Origin: Octopus sinensis
Lineage: Eukaryota
Reading direction: 5' to 3'
Assembly: GCF_006345805.1 (NCBI RefSeq)
Contig: NC_043005.1
Coordinates: 81,654,001-81,718,000, forward strand
DNA: 64,000 nucleotides
Part shown: positions 25,908 through 38,601 of the stretch, one piece after another
How positions within the stretch are numbered: the stretch's first letter is position 1
Layout of the letters: the number at the start of each line of letters is the position of its first letter
The notes under the pieces: generated by a model
Seen by the model: only the letters and a program-made list of their open reading frames with translations
Told to the model about the DNA's origin: nothing
Database searches by the model: none
Translations under genes and position numbers: made by a program

Positions 25908-28399
25908 TGCTATATTGATCGGAGACATCGTTATATTTGTGTAATGAATTATCGAATCGACATATGCTCAGCTTTGCTCTGGTCGTGATCATACTGTTAT
26001 TCTAGTACTACAGAGTACAACATTATCGAATGTAGCTATTAAATGAAGTCGGAATGGTATAATTTCGAGGCAGTTTAGCTACCATTTTATGCAGATCAAG
26101 CGACCACAGAGAGATGTCTCCATTGTTTAGGATGTAACGTTCCAGCGAATATCAAATGTTCGCTCCGCAGCACAGGAATAGATGGAGTAAACTAGTGATA
26201 TGTTGTTTTTCCTTCACTAAAATTAATCTTCCATACTTTCAGCCTGTTTTCTCCCTTCCTAATGTCCATCTTCCATTGGCTCTATACTAAGTTCTTTTAC
26301 TTCAGTTGACCTTCGTATACTTCAAATTTACGCTGACGATGGGTTTTGTCGGATATTTATTTGCTATGTTTTGTTTTTTATTTTATTTTGCTGTACGCAA
26401 ACACAGATGTCTTTCCTTTGTCGAATTAATCCTATTCCAATCTTGTTAATAGTGAAACAATACATCCCCATTTTACCATCAGTTCTGGTGATTTTTCTCT
26501 TTGGTTAATTCATCCTGCTGAAAATTTACCTCAGGGGATTGTTACTCTACTTTGTGTTCTGTCGTATCGAACAATCTTTTTGGACCTATATGGGCAAAAT
26601 ATTGGTGATAAGACATGAATTTGACTAATTATCAGGGACGTCGACACACTATCGATCGGTTACACACGACTCCAGTTCTTTATGTTTCTGAAGAGCGCTA
26701 GGAAACTTGTCACACAATGAAAGCCAAATGATATTTGCAGGAGACGTGTATAAACAATAAATACAATGAAAAACAGAAGATAAAACTGAAGCGAAATCTC
26801 AAGGGTCCGATGTAAATATAAAGTTGAAGAAATTTCAAAGAAGTATATTAAAAATGATTAATTAACGCCAAATAATTAAACTAAATTCCAAGCTAACAAT
26901 CAACAAATCTCTCACTTCTTATCTTTATGCTTTTGTTTCAGTCTCTTTCTCGTTCTAAATTCACTTTCGTTTGTCTTATCAGTTTCTCACTTGAGATGTT
27001 TGTTTCAAACAAGTATTTTATCTAAATTTTCTTTGTTCTACTTTGCTATTGTAATTTTTGCCAGAACAATCGCTACTGCCATTACCACAGTTACACTCTT
27101 TATTACTCTTGTTATTTTCGTTGTTGTTGTGGCCTTTTTTTTGTGATCGTTGTCATTGCTGCTGTTATTATTGGTGCTGTCTTTTATACAAAGTCTAGAC
27201 ATTTCTCTGTAAATTTGTAGTTCATAAGCCCGATTAAATTATGCTTGGAACATATTTCTATACGACGTATTGTCAATGGAACAATACTAGAAAAAAAATC
27301 CTCGAACATAACAATATATAACAATTGATGGTCTATCTGATATTTTTTAACAGAGTTCTGTACTTCTTTGAGATATCGAACAATCATTTTTGGTAGAAAT
27401 ACATATTCCGATCAAGAGACAACCCAGCTGTAGATTTCGATATATTTATTCACTTTATTCGAATCGATACAGCTTCACTGCATATAACTATAGAAATCTG
27501 ATTTTTAAATGTTGGGAACTATACATAAAATTTCGTTTAAAATATGAAACATATTCCGTTTCCTTCTTCCAGTTACATCCTAAATGCTGATAATCTATTT
27601 TAAAGAGTAGTTACGTCATCAATGAACTACATACGACAATGATACTTTAGCTATAAGCCCGCCATTAAATAGCATACTATCGTACATATTATAATGTCTT
27701 TATGAATATAGATGCACACACAAAATCAATGTATTTCTAAGATAGCATTAATATATAACTACTTTCATTATATCTTAATAATTTGATCAGACGGAGAAGA
27801 ATAACACTCTTGACTTTTTCAAGATTTTTCGAGAGAAGAATCAGGATGGGTGTTAGAAACTATGAATCACGTAGAAACTACAAAATTATCATAACCAAGA
27901 AATCTGAGGCAAAATTGTGGGCTTAGCTTTACAAACTCAAGGGCCAGGATGAACATTTTAAACAGAACAAGATAAGACTTTAAATCATCATCTAAATAAT
28001 TCGTGTAACCGTTATGTTATTGAAGTGCTATCAATGATGTTTTCGATAAAAAAAAGTATTTCTTCTTACATATCAACATTACAAGAGGCATTTCTCAATA
28101 TTATAAGAAACGTGATGGAGCATAAGAGTAACGGAGAAGGCTAACTAAGATGAACGCGAAAATATCGTTGTCATTAGTATGTCTGTATAACTCCTTTATA
28201 TCAAATTAGTTTTCCTCGTGTCTAATATCAATTTACGTTAAATTTATGGTTAGTGCACAAAGAATAATATATTCCTGGACATTAACACAGACTCATCGTT
28301 AGGAAAGTATAAGCATGTGATGTATTATAAACAAATATTACCATTATTTAATATATTCACAAGACAAAGAGATTGCATAACAGCTACCATGGACAAAAG

Positions 28400-28550
28400 G
28401 CTAAGCGGCAATTCGTCCGTTCTGAGTTAGAATTCCACCGAGTTTAACTTTGTTTTCATACTTTGTGGGTCGATAAAATAAGTACCGGTTGAGCACTGGT
28501 ATTGATGTAATCGCCATACCTACTGGCCTTGTGCAAAATTTAAAGCCAAT
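28400..28550 (+). mobile_element. SINE family B, diverged
   Basis: gttctgagttagaattccaccgag, gggtcgataaaataagtacc. Confidence 0.6.
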
Positions 28551-29674
28551 ATTTGATATATTTATGCATTTTCAGTGAACAAGGAAATTCAAGAAATCTG
28601 ACTGTGCTTTACGTTAGTAAACGTCAATCTACCAGACCGGTCGTAGAAGTTTTCGTTAATATGACTGGCTGTGACGAATGACGTAATCTAAAGATTCGGG
28701 AATTTGTCTCTCTTCCAAGTAAAAGGTACAAATAGAAGTGTTCTGAATTTAATGTGTTTAATAGAATAATAATAGTAATAAATTGCAAATGGGGGAAATG
28801 TTTAGACACAAATTACCCCTCATTAGTGGGTCTGTACTCAACGGCAATAGAATCTTAATTTTGTCATCCTTTAAATGTAACTTGCTTTATAATATCTGCG
28901 GTTTCCATACATATACTAAGACGATGTAATTTGAATGAATGACTGCTATTTCTGGCAGATCAAGCTATTAATTAAGATTAGTGCCTATCAATTTAGCAAT
29001 TATGTGATCTAATGTTCACATGTAATTGGAGGGAATACGATACAAATACGTGATCTTTCAACCGTTTAAACAATACTCTATTGATATTCCATGCTCACAG
29101 TAAAATGGTTTGCTTTCTCACATGTAATTATATAGCAGCTTATTTACATTGATTTCACTTAAATCAACTTACGTATAAAACCAGGTTGCTGTGCAGAGTG
29201 TAGAAAATTTATAATATAACGTTTAACGTTTGCTCGAGAAACATGCTGTGATTTAAGTGAAGTGCAATATTTGGAAGTGGAGAAACTAGAAACAAAAGCA
29301 CTCATCTTTATGACTTACCGTGTCTTTAAAAGTAGATTTACCCGTTGTTTAGGTTTGCTGCTTTAGCAGTACTTTATAACAAGACAAAAGCTTTCGGCTT
29401 TATGTGAATTTTTTGACTGTTCCAAATTCAATAAATTGAAGCACCATTCATGTAGAGGAGTGTGCGTAATCAACTGTTCCCTTTCTCCATAATTCAGGGG
29501 TTGAGAGTTTAATTAAGTAATACTGTATTGTGAATAGAATGAGTTCAAATAGATCCGATGGTGTTTGGGTTTACTATGAAGTTAGTGTGAATTACGACGC
29601 TCAAGGCCTTGTAAGTTAAGTGATTGTGACGTAATAATGATCAACTTGACTATGACTCAGTGATTATGAACTCG

Positions 29675-30290
29675 ATTTCTTTATTAGGCATAAAGCCCCA
29701 AACACAGAGGGGACACCACAAGGACAGATAAGACCACAACGAATGTAAATGTGATGAAATTATATAAAAATGAAAAATGAAGATGGTCGCATGGGTCCCA
29801 CTCCCATGCGGTACCATTTGAACCGTTATATACTTTTGTTCTTCTACTTCCACTATTTTTTTTAAAACTTAACATAAAACAATTACTCTTTCTTTTTTTT
29901 TTCTTTTTTCCTTTATTCTCTCTTTTTCTTTTTTCTTTTTCTCTCAATATAACATACTTATTTTCTTTTTAATAGTACTTCATCAATGATTCAATTTCTA
30001 TTAAATCCACTACTGGTGGCAATTCATTGAATTCCACCCTCACTCCCGGTGGGTCAATTGTATCTCCACACACTTCTTCCAGTTTCTTGTAATTTTCCTT
30101 TTCGATTACTATCGCCTTCATATCCTCTGCATATAGGTATGATGGTACTTTCACTCTTAGAGGTTAAACATGATGAAATGAGTTTTGCAGATTTGCAGAA
30201 ACGTTTGAGTGTCTGGATGAAAGCATTAAGGCATTTAGTTTCTTTCTTGTATCTTTCGTATTTATAAACCATTGGGTCAATTGTATTGAT
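29675..30290 (-). mobile_element. Probable 5'-truncated non-LTR retroelement end carrying the SINE-B tail
   Basis: Minus strand: ORF remnant ending LIEIESLMKYY*, A-rich UTR, perfect 8-bp hairpin, then tctgtccttgtggtgtcccctctgtgttt...taataaagaaat resembling the SINE-B tail. Confidence 0.5.
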
Positions 30291-31519
30291 TAATCCCCCA
30301 AACTACATCAGCAAGAACCGTGATTACGTCGAAACGACTATAACCTTCATATACAAATATCTAAACACTGATGGAAGAAATTATTATTATTAGTTGAAAT
30401 AAAGTTTCTTGCATTCGGTTAAAAACCGGCATTTATTTACTGCTTAACTTATAACACATAACTTTTATTATATAAATATATATATAAATAAAGAATACAT
30501 ATGGAGTTGAGGGCAAGGTTAAATGTTAGGATAGCAAACAGAAATAAATATATGTTTCCCTTAGAAAATGTCAGATAGTTCATTCGTGCTGCCGTGAATA
30601 CAAAATAGATTTGTCTGAAGTGTAGTCCTAATATTAAGATGATTGCTATCTGTCGAAATCGTTTGTTTCAAGTGTTTACCAAATTGTTGTAAACATACTC
30701 GTAGTATTTAAGAAAAGTGAGTCTTCGTATTTTTCTTTATAGCTACACATGTATACACAGAGGCAGAAACACGGACATATGCAGACCAACACAAGTGGTC
30801 GTATTTGTAAGAGAATCTCTAGTTACATCTATGGATGAATAGCATAACTACACGCATGCGCAAACGCAAATCGTTGTATGTATGTATAATTAAACACTTA
30901 TCTATATTTGTTTGTGTGCACGTTTAACAATAGTTTGCATGTGTAGGGATATACTATCGATACACACATACCTTTATTGCTGATTTTGTTTGTTTTTAAT
31001 TCGTTTTGACCATAGATAGTTTTCCGAGACAAGAAATGATATTTAGAAGCCCAACTATTGACTTGAGTAGGAATTGTATTTGATTCGGCTTCAGATATTT
31101 TATATTTTATTTGCAGAGTAAACGACTCTCTCTTATTTAACAAAGACAGTAATGGAATGTTGTGTATTTTCCATGGAAGCCAGACCTTCATAGTTTATTT
31201 GCTCAAGCTCTATCGAATTGTCTGTCTGTTGTATTTCTCTGAATGGAAAGGCAGTTCTTCGATCGAACACAAAAACACAAATGTTTGTAATATGCAGACA
31301 GTATTGTATTTGTTTCCTTCCACTTAATCACTCAAAAGTTTCATTCAAATTATATGTAATTACTAAATTTATAAAATGTTATGTAATGTTTAAAAAATGG
31401 AACGTTCCACAATAAATGATTCTATTTTACAACATTAAAATATCTAATGTATAAAATAAAAGCATAGAGACACGAGAAATGTGACATGTATGACTTTGTT
31501 TCACGCAAAGAGAATATAT

Positions 31520-31934
31520 ATTTATTTGCTGCCCACAAGGGGCTAAACATAGAGGGGACAAACAAGGACAGATAAACGGATTAAGTCGATTACATCGACC
31601 CCAGTGCGAAAGTGGTACTTTATTTATCGACCCCGAAATGATGAAAGGCAAAGTCGACCTCGGCTGAATTTGAAATCAGAAAGTAACGACAGACGAAATA
31701 CCTATTTCTTTATTACCCACAAGGGGCTAAACATAGAGGGGACAAACAAGGACAGACGTAGGTATTAAGTCGGTTACATCGACCCCAGTGCGTAACTGGT
31801 ACTTAATTTATCGACCCCGAGACGATGAAAGGCAAAGTCGACCTCGGCGTAATTTGAACTTAGAACGTAACGACAGACGAAATACGACAACGCATTTCGC
31901 CCGGCATGCTAACGTTTCTGCCAGCTCGCCACCT
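31520..31934 (-). mobile_element. SINE family B dimer
   Basis: Two reverse-complement units, each with cccacaaggggctaaacatagaggggacaaacaaggacag. Confidence 0.9.
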
Positions 31935-34305
31935 TTTACAGGCAAAGAAAATATATCTTCAACAAACATGTACTGAACCTATCTAGACGTTAACAGAGAG
32001 TATGGGATTATGTGCAGGAATACCAGGTTCGGTAATTTTCAATGCTAACTTCAAAATTGGTATATAGCATAAAAGAAAAAAAAAGAAATCGTGTAAACAG
32101 AAGGTCGCTGGATACGAGTTTGTACTGCATGTGTTTTTTAATGTGTGTGTCGGCAAATCGTAAATTTATGAAGATCTCCATCATTACACCTACCAAAGAC
32201 ATAAGATCGCACAGAGAAGAATGCATTACATTGCTACAAATAGCTGGTAAATCCTCCGCCATGTCACGTCCTACTGTCTTAAGGTAAACTGGCTACAACA
32301 GGCAACGAATATTAGTGACAGCAACACGTTCAACCATAGATATGCTAGATTGTTTCAGGCTTGGTACTAATCACGAACATGATCAAGTGTATCGTTTCCC
32401 TGTTATTGTTCTAACTGTAACATTTACTTTGTAATAAAACAAAGACGCTCTGAATATTGAAGATCAATATTCCATTATTCAATGCAATCTAAATAATACA
32501 ACCTGAAATAGTTCTTAGAACGAAATTTTGTGATCTCTTGTGCTTCAATGGAGACTACAAAATTACAAAATTCTGAGAAATGTTAAACATTTGGGAATCA
32601 TTTCTTACTGACTAAGGTTTGAAATTGCCACCTATGCTCTAAGTGCAATAATATATTTGGAGAAATTTGAAAGAGCGCAAATATTTCCTGCTATATCTGT
32701 CTATATTATCTAATGTTCATTGGAAAATGAATTCCCAGAAGAATAAAATTTCCTGGAAGTTAGCCAAATGTGTTTCTGTAATGATGTATTTAGCCCTTAT
32801 TAAATGATAATTCAGGCCATTATATCAAACTTTCTGGCACCACGAGAGTGAACGTTTTATGCCTTATAACCGATATTTTGCTTTTGCAATCACTTTCTTG
32901 ACCTTCACGACAAATATTCAATTTACTATCGCAATATAACCCTAATCATTCTAAGAAATAACACTCCCCTGACAAGAATTGATGATCATTCTTTTACGAC
33001 AGATATTTTTCCCCTCGAAAACAAAATGACTTTGTGTGTTTCAAATATTCGCATTATTACTACACTTGCTTCAGTAAACAGATAAATTATTAGTGAATGA
33101 ATCAACTATCTATAAAAATGACTTATATAGTAAAAACCGATATGCTGAGGTCGTCTGTTTAAACAATACCTATTCACCGTTAGAAAGTTGAACCACTTTT
33201 CTATAAAATAAGAAATCTAAGAAAGGGCAATGAAGGATACCAGTTATAACGTACCTAACTAAACTCCGTAAAGAATTTAGTTTGGATTTAATGCTATGTA
33301 AACGAGGTGTTTAAGTGTGGTCAATTTTGTCTTGGTCAACTACCAACCCACACTTAATGTAATAATTAGATGTGCTCCGTTATGTTGATAGTGAGACCAC
33401 GAAATTCACGAAAGTGTGAGAATATATAAAATATATGTTGCAAATGATCGGTATAATGATATGTTGGTTTTTATAAAAGTTCTGCAGTTTGTTTTCTGTA
33501 GCTACAATATATGCTGGTTAATTCAACAGGCGTTACCATACTTTCGGAATTGATTTCAATAAAGCATAACTAGTTATAAAAACATCTGCTATATAGTGAC
33601 GTGTATTATCCCCAAATCTTCCAAAATAACTAAAGATCAGGTAATAAAATGTTCATTTATTAAGACATTGTGTACCCATACAGACATATTGAGTAATAAT
33701 TTCACTGGGTGAATAGTGAGGAATAAACCAACAGAGGCTTCTGGCAGGTAAATTTTTGCAACTTTCCCTCTGTGTCCATAATCAAGATTTTTACTTCTCA
33801 AAAACTGAATTCGGCAAGTTCGCTGTTGCTTTCTTGTATGTAAACCTAAGGTTATCCCAGCCCATTCAAATCTTATTGTTTTGGCCATGGTGCCTTTTTT
33901 CGAAATATATTTATATAGAACTACGTCATCATTAAATATACACTTGCTTCTTGGAGATAATATGTGTGACAAGGATTATGTATAGCTTCCATTTCTAACA
34001 TTTAGAGTAATTTGTTAAAAAGGATAGTTCATGCAGTTGGTCAAGAATCGTAGCGTGGAAAATTTTACACTTGCAGTGATTAGTTACAGAGAAAATCAAA
34101 TTTGGTGAGTGTGTCATTTCATTTTGCACAATTTCAGTGTAATAGCTAATTATAAGGTTTTGCTCTAGGCATATGATATCTCCACCATATGTTTACAGAT
34201 AATTTCTATATTTGAACTTATATCAATAACAAAACTTAATACTATTTCGTTTTTGGATTTGGTTTGCAAGATTCTTTATATGAGTTCGTGTGTTGAAGCA
34301 TATAC

Positions 34306-34450
34306 TGTTGTGTCTGGGGAGAGTCATTTTCTCTTTGTGCCCTTATAATGTAACACATTCACCGGTAAAATAAGAAATAAGTGGAAATTTTACTGGTGAG
34401 TGTGTTACATTATAAGGCACACAAAAAATTTACTCTCTTCAGACACAACA
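34306..34450. repeat. Inverted repeat with ~65-bp arms
   Basis: tgttgtgtctg...cttataatgtaacacattcaccggtaaaat pairs with attttactggtgagtgtgttacattataag...cagacacaaca. Confidence 0.85.
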
Positions 34451-34897
34451 CTCTTTATGGATGTAAATTAATCTCACTTTTATGAAATTATGTCCCCTTT
34501 TTCCGAATATTTACAAATGAGACCACAAAAATGTTGCCTTCTCTTTGTACGTAAGAAAGCTATTTCATTTATGTGAATATTTGCTTGAGTACCGGTACAG
34601 TGTATAAACGCTTCTTCATCTGTAAATAGCTGACACTAAGTAGTAGCAATACAAGGCTGTGAGAGGCATCGTTGGTAATTAGTGAATGTTATTTTTAACA
34701 CTGATCCCCCTCTGTGCACATATTGTAGAAGAATGGGATAGATCGAGCTAAGACTGTCATGATGCAGTGCATATAAATTAAGAATTACTGTAATTAACCT
34801 AATTTTTAATCTACTTCTAAGATACTATACTAGACTTTGTTTTAAGCAATAGACCAGAACTAAACGAAGATGTACAAAATATCTTGTATATATATAT

Positions 34898-35312
34898 CTT
34901 TTACTCTTTTACTTGTTTCAGTCTTTTGACTGCGGCCATGCTGGAGCACCGCCTTTAGTCGAATCAAATCGACCCCACGACTTATTCTTTCTAAGCCTAG
35001 TACTTATTCTATCGATCACTTTTGCTGAACCGCTAAGCTACGGGGACGTAAACACACTAGCATCGGCTGTCAAGCGATGTTGGGGGACAACCACAGACAC
35101 ACACACACACACTTACACACTCACACACACACACACACACACACACATATGTATATACGACGGGCTTCTTTCAGTTCCCGTCTACCAAATTCACTCACAA
35201 GGCTTTGTTCGGCCCGAGGCTATAGCAGAAGACACTTGTCCAAGGTGCCACGCAGTGGGACTGAATCCGGAATAATGTGGTTGGTAAGCTAGCTTCTAAC
35301 CACACAACCACT
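34898..35312 (-). mobile_element. SINE family A
   Basis: Full reverse-complement copy with internal (CA)n. Confidence 0.9.
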
Positions 35313-35519
35313 TGAGAGTTATTGGTATCCAGAAGAACAAGATGGCAGGTAAGACTATGTAAGCGCTACGGGAGGACCGTAGTCAGACTCTCGGTTCGAT
35401 AATATTACGAGTGAGGAGTCTAATGCAAGTCTTGTGTGAGCATATATATGTTAAATAAAATGAGACAACAAAATCAAGGCTGTGTGAAATTTATAGGACA
35501 TTTATAAAGAGAAATGTAG

Positions 35520-35565
35520 TCTTAGAGTTGTTTCTGGGAAATTATGAATATACCTTCATCAGAAA
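35520..35565 (-). ncRNA. Degenerate type I hammerhead ribozyme motif
   Basis: Minus strand: ttt CTGATGA aggtatattcataatttccca GAAA caactc TA aga; core intact, stems II and III mismatched. Confidence 0.55.
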
Positions 35566-35914
35566 CAATATGAAAGGGAGTTAACTAGAGGGAAATAATA
35601 GAGTTCAATATAAGAAGTTATTTTGGAAAAAGGATGGGTATAGAAAGAATAAATGTAAATAAGAGAATAACAATAAAAATGAGAATATATGTAGGGTGTT
35701 AAAGTTACAGTTCTATTAACAAAAGAAAGTGGTGCGTAGAATGGGTAGAAATGCTTCTTGCCCATGGTATAGAGATTCCGACAGGGGTTCATATTTTGTT
35801 ATTACAAATGGATAGTTTACAGACATGAATTCCACAAAGCCTTGGTTTTATTGTCTTATTTTACTTAACACACACACACACAAAGATATATATGTGTATG
35901 TATGTATATGTATG

Positions 35915-35946
<32 letters not shown>

Positions 35947-35958
35947 TATACATACACA

Positions 35959-36052
<94 letters not shown>

Positions 36053-37319
36053 GATACACGTGTGTATATATGACAGCGGTAAATGATTTTATCCAATGAG
36101 ACAAAGCTAATAATATGATATACTAGATAGCTAATCGATATTGATATTGTGGGCTATTTTAAGTGATTTCTTTCGTTCATTTTTCGTTTTTCAAGATGTC
36201 TACATAGTTTTATTTATTACTGTCGAATTGTTGATCCTATGCCAACTGGCACGGTGAGGCAGCATTATGGTTTACGCAAATAAATATATAGGCTAGAAAT
36301 TAATGTGAGCAATCCAGTTTAGATACGAATGAGGAGAAGCAGGTGTTAATACAAAGAGACTTCTGTTTTCATACCGACGGGTTCTTTGAAGATAATTAAA
36401 ATAAATAACACTAACTAAGAATTAGAGAATATATGTTGGATTATTATCATTCGATGCATAACAAAAATTATAATGGAATACAAGGCTTTCTGATTCAAGA
36501 AAATTCTAAAATAAACGAGGGCTGAATTATATGTATATCATGTGTTTTTGCAGTTTTGTTGTGTAGACGTGGTAGTTACTTAATGAGCAGCCCTATTATC
36601 AAATACTTTCATACGAATTTGTTCTGATTTTTTTCAGCTATTTTGTAACCGGGTGTGCATTATTTAAAGAAGGTAAAATATTTCTTGAAGATTTTGCTGC
36701 TCTTTCCACCAGGGTCTATTAATAGCTTGTTTTCTCTCGTAGAGTATTTAATTAATTTCTCCTTGCAAGTAAGAAAGCTATTTCATTTAAGTGGATATCT
36801 GTTTGAATACTTGTATAATGTATAACCGAAATACTATTTGCTAAGGTCTAATCTTGATGATGCCTCGTTACGAGAAATACTAACCCTTACACTTAAGTAC
36901 ATATTTAAACACAATAATACTTATATATTGAACACTAGCATAGCTGAGTGGTTTAGTTGTTTATTTTGCAATGATGTGGTATCTTGTCCAATCTCTCAAC
37001 TTTGAAACAAGCCTCAATTACCACTTCATCGATCGACAAAAGTTATGTGAGATAACAAAGATGGAAAAAGTGAAAAACTATAGGATTTACCAGATATTTA
37101 ATTCAAACATTTAGCATCACTACACTCTGTAGGATTATAGTAAGAGTATAACTCTCTGTGAAAATTTTACATTGACACCATAACTGTCTTTGGTCAGTAA
37201 GAGATGTTTCCTATTTCTATCTATAGATCAAAGGAAATGAATTCTATTCCTTTCAAATTTTGCTTTTGTGACCTGAACACAGACGTTTTAAAATTGACCC
37301 ATTGACCATTACATTTCAG

Positions 37320-37524
37320 AAAGAGTCAAGGTTGAGTTGCTGAAACAGAAATATCGTTATAGCGAAGATTCTGCTCAATGCATCAGATTTGCTCGTTAGT
37401 TTTTCTGACCTAAATTAATTGAGCATATCATTTAGTCGCTGACAATACATGCATCTCTAATCATGAACAGGAGTAGCGGGGGACCATCATAACCATGTAT
37501 TGATAGGAATTCTTTAAGCCTTCA

Positions 37525-37527
<3 letters not shown>
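37320..37527. mobile_element. Repeat family R fragment, inverted relative to the 23-kb copy
   Basis: Reverse-complement similarity to about 23290-23435 and 22660-22815. Confidence 0.65.
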
Positions 37528-37555
<28 letters not shown>

Positions 37556-37713
37556 TATTGAACCCTAAAGAATTCCTACATATATATATATAATATATAT
37601 ATATATTTATATATTGAACCCTAAAGAATTCCTACATACATATATATATATATATATTGAACCCTAAAGAATTCTACATATATATATATATATTGAACCC
37701 TAAAGAATTCTAC

Positions 37714-37775
<62 letters not shown>

Positions 37776-37793
37776 TGGACCCTAAAGAATTCC

Positions 37794-37828
<35 letters not shown>

Positions 37829-37847
37829 AACCCTAAAGAATTCCTCC
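37556..37847 (+). repeat. Array of six 23-24 bp units separated by variable (TA)n
   Basis: tattgaaccctaaagaattc(c)tac at 37556, 37612, 37655, 37691, 37773 and 37824. Confidence 0.95.
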
Positions 37848-37866
37848 ATATATATATATATATATA

Positions 37867-37899
<33 letters not shown>

Positions 37900-37905
<6 letters not shown>

Positions 37906-38543
37906 GAAATTCACAAAAAAAAACTGAAGACGAAGACAGGTGGTAGAGAAAACAAACAGTTGTAAAATACTTTAACGTTTCGAGCCTACGGTCTTCCACA
38001 GAAAGTAACACAGAAAGAAACAAGGAGAGAAACAAGGACAGAAAAAATGTGTGTAGTGGCTAGCGATCTATCATGGCGACTGCCGGACAGAAGGGTCACA
38101 CAGGAGAGCTAAGAAGAAATGGAGATAACAAAGTAGTAGTGATCCCAAAACGAAGGTGCGCGTGTGTGAAAGAGTACGTATGTGCGTGTGAAAGAGGGCT
38201 GGTGATCTTGACCTATGCGTGTGTGTAGGTGTGAAAATGTGGGGATAGGAATTGGTCAGTGCTGGTGTGTGGGTGATGTTGTGTTGTGATGGAATGTGTT
38301 ATGTGGTATAGTGTAGTGTGGTGTGGTCTCATGGTGTTTGGAGGCGGGGGAGGCCAAAGTGGGGAAAGCACGGGTAGATTTGGGTTAATCTGGGGTGGGG
38401 TAGAGGTGGGGTATGTGGGTAGGCAGAGGGTGGGGTTAGAGGCGGGGCATGTGGGTAGGCAGAGTGGGAAGTAGAGGGGGATATATATATATTGTTGTGC
38501 CAAGAACTGCTTTTTGTTATACTCCGTTTTCACTATTTGATCA

Positions 38544-38545
<2 letters not shown>
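37900..38545 (-). mobile_element. Probable Penelope-like element 3' fragment
   Basis: Island between (TA)n tracts containing a hammerhead-like motif at 37970-38005; no recognisable ORF. Confidence 0.45.
37970..38005 (-). ncRNA. Variant or degenerate minimal hammerhead motif
   Basis: Minus strand: cttt CTGTGGA a gacc gtag gctc GAAA cg TT aaag; 4-bp stem I, A6 replaced by U, mismatched stem II. Confidence 0.45.

Positions 38546-38601
<56 letters not shown>

Noticed and set aside
26685-26715. CTGAAGA gcgctag GAAA cttg TC as a hammerhead
   Set aside because: Core words are present but stems I and II do not pair.
30115-30140. YAEDM as a degenerate RT YADD motif
   Set aside because: Only about 150 bp from the ORF end and no other RT motifs nearby.
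37556-37847. CRISPR array
   Set aside because: Spacers are (TA)n runs rather than unique sequence, there are no cas genes, and the context is eukaryotic.
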